From the NCBI GenBank assembly GCA_036679645.1, contig JAZDCY010000038.1:1-34757 (forward strand): DNA of 34,757 bases, given 5' to 3'. Every line of letters begins with the position of its first letter. Position 1 is the stretch's first letter. A program made the translations under genes and the position numbers. Shown piece after piece: positions 29,209 through 34,757 of the stretch. The notes beneath the pieces are model-generated. The model worked only from the letters and a program-made list of their open reading frames with translations, had not been told where the DNA came from and ran no database searches. The DNA is from Gemmatimonadota bacterium. Lineage in GTDB: Bacteria; Gemmatimonadota; Gemmatimonadetes; Gemmatimonadales; GWC2-71-9.

Positions 29209-29706
29209 TCATTCGTACCTCCCCAGCAGTTCCGGTACCTGCTCGACCGTCACGCCCTCAATGAAGTCATCGTCGATCAAGACCGGTGTCACGAATCCGC
29301 ACGCGCCGAGACACTCGACCTCGACGACGGTGAACCGCCCGTCGGGTGACGTCGCGCCAAGATCTCCGCACCCGGTGTGCTCGAGCAACGCCTCCATCAC
29401 GCGCTCCGCTCCGCAGAGGCTGCACGGAGACGTAGTACAGACCTGGATGAAGTGCCGGCCCACCGGATGCTGGTGATACATCGTGTAGAAGGTGACGACC
29501 CCTTTGACGTAGGCCGCCGTGAGGAACAGCGTCTGCGCTACCTCGATCATCGCCTCATCCGAGACCCAACCGTGCGTTTCCTGCACCAGCCACAACGCCG
29601 GCAGCAGCGCCGCCCTCTTGGTAGGGTACCGCGCAATGATCTCGTCGAGCTTCGCCCGCCGATCGTCGGTGAAGACCGGCTCGTATGTGCCGGTTTCTTT
29701 CATCAT
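29209..29706 (-). CDS. nuoE: NADH-quinone oxidoreductase subunit E
   Basis: VVTFYTMY, VCTTSPC, ECLGAC; ATG overlapping the nuoD TGA. Confidence 0.96.
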   Translation of the reverse strand: MMKETGTYEPVFTDDRRAKLDEIIARYPTKRAALLPALWLVQETHGWVSDEAMIEVAQTLFLTAAYVKGVVTFYTMYHQHPVGRHFIQVCTTSPCSLCGAERVMEALLEHTGCGDLGATSPDGRFTVVEVECLGACGFVTPVLIDDDFIEGVTVEQVPELLGRYE

Positions 29707-30974
29707 CGATCGACCTCCCCCATGACGATGTCGACGCTCGCGTTTATCGCGATCAGGTCGGCCAACAAGTGGCCTTCCGCCATCTTGGGGAGCACCGCGA
29801 GGTTGATGAATGCCGGGGGTCGCACGCGCCACCGAACCGGTTTGGCGGTCCCGTCCGACACGAAGTAGTAGCCGAGTTCGCCCTTCGGTCCCTCGATTGG
29901 CAGGTACACCTCGCCAACCGGTGCCGGTACACCGTCCATCACCTGCTTGAAATGGAAGATCATCGCTTCCATGTCGTTCATCGTCTCGTGCTTGTGCGGT
30001 AAGATGACGCGTGGGTCATCGACGTTGATGGGACCGTCCGGTAGGCGCTCCAGCGCCTGCTCGAGAATCCGAGTGGATTGATACAACTCCTCGAACCGCA
30101 CGAGGTAGCGATCGTACACGTCTCCGTGTTCGCCTATGGGTACGTCGAAGTCGTACGTCTCGTAATCGAGATAGGGCTGATCCTTACGGACGTCATAGTC
30201 GACCCCGCTCGCACGTAACATCGGGCCCGACAGCGAGTAGTTGATCGCCTCCTCCGCCGTGAGCACGCCGATATTCTGCGTGCGCCCGCACCAGATAGCG
30301 TTGCGCGTGAGCGCGCCGTCCACCTCTGCCAATGTCCTGGGAAGGGTGGCGCAGAAGTGACTTAACCCCTCGACGAATCCGTCGGGGATATCCGCCATCA
30401 TGCCACCAACGCGCGTGACGCTCGTCGTGAGCCGGGCGCCCGTCCACATCTCCTGCAGGTTGTAGATCCGCTCGCGTTCCTGGAACAGCCAGAGGAACGG
30501 CGTGAAGGCACCGATATCGATCGAAGTCGTCCCAAGCCACACTACGTGGGAAATGATGCGACTCATCTCGCAGGCAATCACCCGGAGGACCTTGCACCGC
30601 TCGGTGATCTCGATCCCCATCAGCTTCTCTACAGCCAGCGCGAGACAAACGTTGTTCGACATCGGCGCCAGATAGTCCATCCGGTCGGTGAGTGGTACGA
30701 TCTGGTTGTAGTGCCTGTACTCGCCCAACTTCTCGAACCCGGAATGGAGGTAGCCCACGTGCGGTACGACCCGGAGCACGACTTCACCGTCCAGTTCGAC
30801 CACGAGCCGGAGCACACCGTGGGTAGCCGGGTGCTGCGGGCCGATGTTGATGAGCATGTGCTCACCGCCGAGGTCGGGCTCATCCGCGACCCCCAACGGC
30901 ACGCGCACCGGTGCTCCCCGCTCGTCGATACCGGTCGTCGCGACGCTAAGCTCGACGCGCCTCGGATCACCCAT
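29703..30974 (-). CDS. nuoD: NADH-quinone oxidoreductase subunit D
   Basis: NIGPQHPATHGVLR, GYLHSGFEK, DRMDY, EGPKGELG, DIVMGEVDR. Confidence 0.98.
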   Translation of the reverse strand: MGDPRRVELSVATTGIDERGAPVRVPLGVADEPDLGGEHMLINIGPQHPATHGVLRLVVELDGEVVLRVVPHVGYLHSGFEKLGEYRHYNQIVPLTDRMDYLAPMSNNVCLALAVEKLMGIEITERCKVLRVIACEMSRIISHVVWLGTTSIDIGAFTPFLWLFQERERIYNLQEMWTGARLTTSVTRVGGMMADIPDGFVEGLSHFCATLPRTLAEVDGALTRNAIWCGRTQNIGVLTAEEAINYSLSGPMLRASGVDYDVRKDQPYLDYETYDFDVPIGEHGDVYDRYLVRFEELYQSTRILEQALERLPDGPINVDDPRVILPHKHETMNDMEAMIFHFKQVMDGVPAPVGEVYLPIEGPKGELGYYFVSDGTAKPVRWRVRPPAFINLAVLPKMAEGHLLADLIAINASVDIVMGEVDR

Positions 30975-31602
30975 GTTTGGCCTCGTCCGACGGCTCCACT
31001 ATCACTCCCCGCTCCCCGCGGGCCAGGCGGTCACGCATGTCCGGCGGCAGCTCGGAGATGGCCTCGGCCATACCCAACTCCTCCATCGAGTAGTGTGCTT
31101 CCGGATTCGCATTCAACGCTTGCCGTACCTGTTCGGAACGAGAGAAGCGGCCGCGCAGAGGGAAGTCCTTCCGCAGGGGATACCCTTCGGCGTACGTCTC
31201 CCACATGAGGATGCGGCGGAGATCCGGATGCCCGCGGAACGTTATCCCGAACATGTCGTAGACCTCGCGCTCCAGCCAATCGGCACCGCGCCATAGCGAC
31301 ACGATCGAATCGATCTCGAGTGGCTGATCGGTGGGAAGCGTGGCTTTCACACGGAGCGACTGCTTCCGCGTGAGCGAGAACAGCTGGTAGACAACCTCGA
31401 TCGGCAACTCCGGGTCCCGGTACTCCACCGCGGTAACGTCAGCGAGATACGTGAACTCCTGACCCGCAGTCTCCTTGAGCCACACGAGCACGTCGCGAAT
31501 GCGGCCGGCATCCACATACACGATCGTGTCGCCGCACGACCGGATGACGCGCGTGACGGCATCACCGAACTGTTGTCGGAGTGCGTCGACCGATGCGTTC
31601 AT
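30967..31602 (-). CDS. nuoC: NADH-quinone oxidoreductase subunit C
   Basis: WLEREVYDMFGITFRGHPDLRRIL, YPLRKDFPL. Confidence 0.97.
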   Translation of the reverse strand: MNASVDALRQQFGDAVTRVIRSCGDTIVYVDAGRIRDVLVWLKETAGQEFTYLADVTAVEYRDPELPIEVVYQLFSLTRKQSLRVKATLPTDQPLEIDSIVSLWRGADWLEREVYDMFGITFRGHPDLRRILMWETYAEGYPLRKDFPLRGRFSRSEQVRQALNANPEAHYSMEELGMAEAISELPPDMRDRLARGERGVIVEPSDEAKHG

Positions 31603-31607
31603 GACAA

Positions 31608-31733
31608 GACTGCCGCGGATTGATGGACTGCCGCGGATGACTGTTGGAACGCGGATGACTCCGCCACGAGAAGCGGACCTCCTACGATCCTACGAGAGGA
31701 AATCCGCGCCCTTGGGAAGATTATCCGCGGCAG
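31608..31733. repeat. 18-bp-period direct repeats with inverted copies (intergenic palindrome C)
   Basis: CGCGGAT at 31614, 31632 and 31650; GACTGCCGCGGAT twice; inverted ATCCGCG at 31702 and ATCCGCGGCAG at 31723. Confidence 0.85.
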
Positions 31734-31750
31734 CGACATCCTCAGCCTTC

Positions 31751-32374
31751 TCATCCGGATCGCGTCTGGTGCACGGAGTTACCGAACGGCTCGGACAGCT
31801 CGTCCACCCGGTCCGGCGGCAGACACAGCCCGCGTTCGTCGAGCAGCAGTTCAGCGCGTATCGAGGGATCTGCGAGCGTCTCGCCCTTGACCTTCTTCTG
31901 AAGCATGAGAATCCCGTACAGCAGGCCTTCCGGCCGCGGCGGACACCCAGGTACGTACACGTCGACCGGCACGACCGTGTCGATCCCCTGCACCATCGCG
32001 TAGTTGTCGAAGATCCCCCCCGTAGAGGCGCATGCGCCCATGGAGATCACCCATTTGGGCTGCGGCATCTGGTCGTAGATGCGGCGGATGACCGGCGAGA
32101 GCTTGAACGGAAGCCGCCCCGCACAAATCAAGACGTCTGCCTGGCGCGGTGAGAAAGACATGCGCTCCATACCGAAACGGGCGATGTCATATCGGGACGC
32201 CGCCGTGGCCATGAACTCGATCGCGCAGCAGGCGGTGCCGAACGGCATGGGCCACAAACTGTTCGACCGGGCCCAGTTCACGAGGAAATCGAGCCGTGTC
32301 GTGATCCAGTTGGGCGAGACCTGCGACACGACGCTGGTGTCCCCATCTGGCCGGGCCGGCGTGCTCACTCCCAT
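31751..32374 (-). CDS. nuoB: NADH-quinone oxidoreductase subunit B
   Basis: [32 protein letters not shown]. Confidence 0.98.
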   Translation of the reverse strand: MGVSTPARPDGDTSVVSQVSPNWITTRLDFLVNWARSNSLWPMPFGTACCAIEFMATAASRYDIARFGMERMSFSPRQADVLICAGRLPFKLSPVIRRIYDQMPQPKWVISMGACASTGGIFDNYAMVQGIDTVVPVDVYVPGCPPRPEGLLYGILMLQKKVKGETLADPSIRAELLLDERGLCLPPDRVDELSEPFGNSVHQTRSG

Positions 32375-32718
32375 TCGAGCGCTCCTCGCTTCCAGATGTA
32401 CACGAAACCCACCGCCAGAATCAGAATGAAGACGGCCATCTCAACGAGGCCAAAGAGCCCCAGCCGGCGGAAAGCGACCGCCCACGGGATCATGAACACC
32501 GTCTCGATGTCGAAGATGATGAACAGCATGGCCACGAGGTAGAATTTGACCGAGAACCGCTCGCGGGTAGAGCCCAGCGGAGGCATTCCTGACTCGTATG
32601 GCGCGCGCTTGATCGCAGTGGGACGCTGTGGCGAGACGAGGTGAGAGAGGCCCAGCATGACGACCGCATTCACCACCACAAAACCCATCAACATCAGGAG
32701 CGGTATGTATTCGCGCAT
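32365..32718 (-). CDS. nuoA: NADH-quinone oxidoreductase subunit A
   Basis: [31 protein letters not shown]. Confidence 0.97.
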   Translation of the reverse strand: MREYIPLLMLMGFVVVNAVVMLGLSHLVSPQRPTAIKRAPYESGMPPLGSTRERFSVKFYLVAMLFIIFDIETVFMIPWAVAFRRLGLFGLVEMAVFILILAVGFVYIWKRGALEWE

Positions 32719-32731
32719 GCGTCCCGGGAGT

Positions 32732-32749
32732 TCGTGAAAAATTTCACGT
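32732..32749. promoter_or_regulatory. Rex-like operator palindrome
   Basis: TCGTGAA-AAAT-TTCACGT, 11/14 match to the Rex consensus TTGTGAA-N4-TTCACAA; lies between the promoter and the nuoA ATG. Confidence 0.7.
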
Positions 32750-32761
32750 AATCAGGGCAGG

Positions 32762-32791
32762 AAGTTACCCAAGGCGCCAAACCGGTGTCAA
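32762..32791 (-). promoter_or_regulatory. sigma70-type promoter of the nuo operon
   Basis: TTGACA (32791-32786)-18 bp-TAACTT (32767-32762). Confidence 0.7.
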
Positions 32792-32880
32792 GCAAGTGCA
32801 AGTGGCATAACGGCTAACGTTGCGTATCTTTCGTCGGTCCGATCACACAGTCCACCCTTGCCTCGGTAAAAACGCACGAC

Positions 32881-33441
32881 ATGTCGATCAAATCCGACCG
32901 GTGGATCCGGCAGATGGCGAACGAGCACGACATGATCGATCCCTTCGAGGAAGCGCAGGTCCGCACCGGCGTAGTCAGCTTTGGTGTCTCCTCCTACGGC
33001 TACGACATGCGGGTAGCCCGCGAGTTCCGCATCTTCACTAACGTCCATTCGAGCGTGGTGGATCCCAAGGCGTTCGACGACCGGTCGTTCGTGGAGTACG
33101 AGGGTGATGTCTGCATGGTGCCGCCAAATTCGTTCGTCCTGGGACGATCGGTCGAATACTTCCGTATCCCGCGCAACGTGCTGACGATTTGCGTCGGTAA
33201 GAGCACGTACGCCCGATGCGGCATCATCACGAACGTGACCCCCTTCGAGCCGGAGTGGGAGGGACACGTGACACTGGAGATCTCCAACACGACCCCCCTG
33301 CCGGCCAGGATTTATGCCGAAGAGGGGATCGCCCAAGTTCTGTTCTTCGAGGCCGACGATCACGATATCTGCGCAACCTCATATCGTGACAAGCAAGGGA
33401 AGTATCAGGCACAGCGGGGCGTGACGCTCCCGAAGATCTGA
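32881..33441 (+). CDS. dcd: dCTP deaminase
   Basis: [55 protein letters not shown]. Confidence 0.97.
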   Translation: MSIKSDRWIRQMANEHDMIDPFEEAQVRTGVVSFGVSSYGYDMRVAREFRIFTNVHSSVVDPKAFDDRSFVEYEGDVCMVPPNSFVLGRSVEYFRIPRNVLTICVGKSTYARCGIITNVTPFEPEWEGHVTLEISNTTPLPARIYAEEGIAQVLFFEADDHDICATSYRDKQGKYQAQRGVTLPKI

Positions 33442-33448
33442 GTTACTA

Positions 33449-34396
33449 ATGGCGCTGGTCCGCTGCCCCAAGCACAACATCCCGTACAACGACGCGAATC
33501 CGCGTGGCTGCCCAGCCTGTTGGCAGGAGAAGCAGGGCGATGAAGGGGCGTCGGCTATCCAGGAGTTGGCGCGCGCCTCCCGTGGTGTCCCGTCCATGGA
33601 ACTTCCCGACACGAGTACGCCCCCAGCAGTCCGGGAAGGCACCGGTGATCTGCCGGCGCCGGTCACCGCGCCACCGCGCGTTCCCACGCCGGAACCGACC
33701 GCCCTCGAGAAGCTGGTGCGGTTCGCCAAGAACAACTGGACGGCGGTGGGCGGGGTCGTCGGCATCGCAATTGTCATCGTGCTGATCTACGTCATCACGA
33801 AACCGACCTTCCGCGAGCGGTTCGACCCTCCTTTGCTCACGAGCGACGCGTTCCCGTTCCCCGTCGCGGTCGACGCACCGATCGATGCCGCCTTCGCCAT
33901 TTTTGGAACGATCGCCCCGTCGGTCAACCCCGACAGCCCTTCCCTGGCCCGATATCGCTTCGAGCCGGGCGTGTTCGTCGACGCCCTCAATAGCGCAGTC
34001 TATGCGATCACGCTGACCTCGACCGAGCGGGTCTGGAACGGCAACCGAGTGGGATTGACGGAGCAGTTGGCTCGTGGACGGCTGGCCCTGCTTGGCGACA
34101 TTGCGGACGAGTCGACGCGGGCGGCGAACCCGTTCCCGGTCGGGCCCTGGCTCGTGTTCACCGACGGGGCGGCGCGCAGCGCGCGCGTCCTGACGGCCCG
34201 CGTACGACCACCCAACGGGTGCTTCGACGTGCAGATCCAACTGTCCCCGCGCATCATTGGCGAGGTCACGCGCGACGAAGAGAGGTTTGTCGCGGTCGCG
34301 CGTCAGGGTGGCACACCCGAGTGGGTCGTGGTGCAGGTACGGGTCGTGAGCCGCGCGCTCGACGGACCGTACGCCGACGGCGGGCCGGAGTGTTGA
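33449..34396 (+). CDS. Hypothetical single-pass membrane protein with N-terminal Zn-ribbon-like motif
   Basis: CPKH-x11-CPAC, Pro-rich linker, one hydrophobic segment (WTAVGGVVGIAIVIVLIYVI); starts 7 bp after the dcd stop. Confidence 0.8.
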   Translation: MALVRCPKHNIPYNDANPRGCPACWQEKQGDEGASAIQELARASRGVPSMELPDTSTPPAVREGTGDLPAPVTAPPRVPTPEPTALEKLVRFAKNNWTAVGGVVGIAIVIVLIYVITKPTFRERFDPPLLTSDAFPFPVAVDAPIDAAFAIFGTIAPSVNPDSPSLARYRFEPGVFVDALNSAVYAITLTSTERVWNGNRVGLTEQLARGRLALLGDIADESTRAANPFPVGPWLVFTDGAARSARVLTARVRPPNGCFDVQIQLSPRIIGEVTRDEERFVAVARQGGTPEWVVVQVRVVSRALDGPYADGGPEC

Positions 34397-34513
34397 TGTC
34401 GTTTCACCGGTTTCTCCGCACGTCCTGCCGTACGAATCTGACGGAGTACGAGGTATTCGGTAGCCACAATATGAGGGGGCGACAGAGCATCGCGCCGCGT
34501 TGCCCCCCCACCG

Positions 34514-34757
34514 TCAGTGGATCACGACCGCCACGCTCTTGCCGAAGTTCACCCGCTCTGGAGCCGCGGCCAATACTACCAGCTTCGCACCCGATGGAAC
34601 CTCTCGCAGTGAGAGTGTGCCTTCAAAGATGTTGGGTTCTCCCGCGTACGCGAGCGTCTGCTCCCGAAGCAGCTCGCCCTCGTAGTACACGCGGGCGGTC
34701 ACCCGCAGCCGGTTCGCATCCCATATCCCACCCGGCGTATGGGGACACCCACACATC
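34514..34757 (-). CDS. C-terminal part of a hypothetical protein (5' end outside window)
   Basis: Open frame reaching the window edge; MCGCPHTPGGIWDA followed by a beta-strand-rich tail. Confidence 0.6.
   Translation of the reverse strand, partial: MCGCPHTPGGIWDANRLRVTARVYYEGELLREQTLAYAGEPNIFEGTLSLREVPSGAKLVVLAAAPERVNFGKSVAVVIH

Noticed and set aside
31608..31733. Direct repeats as a CRISPR array
   Set aside because: Repeats of 7-13 bp with 5-11 bp gaps, inverted copies present, and no cas genes
32803..32824. TGGCA...TTGC as a sigma54 promoter for dcd
   Set aside because: Spacing is far too long for the -24/-12 consensus
32788..33363. 191-aa minus-strand ORF upstream of nuoA
   Set aside because: Antisense to dcd, which has all the family motifs
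34475..34508. GGGGGCGAC/GTTGCCCCC hairpin between the convergent genes
   Set aside because: Could be a terminator, but the imperfect stem, long loop and lack of a U-tract make it too weak to call

Overview
High-GC bacterial chromosomal segment; gene order and protein style suggest Gemmatimonadota, which is an inference and not verified. Most of the window (3756-32718) is a co-directional minus-strand run of housekeeping genes: nuoA-N, PMM/PGM, UPF0182, a frameshifted carbamate kinase, sucC, sucD, a PTS-EIIA/CBS fusion, ndk, yceD, rpmF, plsX, fabH, fabD, fabG, acpP, fabF and purE, followed by a beta-propeller lipoprotein. dcd and a Zn-ribbon membrane protein diverge from nuoA at the right end. 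The left 2.2 kb is a decayed integron whose integrase points towards its array. intI has an internal deletion and a 7-bp slippage frameshift, followed by a candidate attI and one cassette whose attC appears to be interrupted at its first (R'') box by an IS30-family element. Other notable signals: a Rex-like operator and sigma70 promoter before nuoA, a near-leaderless promoter for yceD-rpmF-fab, two heptamer-repeat palindromes that each supply an 'IGD*' end to the upstream gene, and an 18-bp-period palindrome between nuoB and nuoC. No tRNA, rRNA or CRISPR array was seen. All calls come from reading the sequence; no searches were run.
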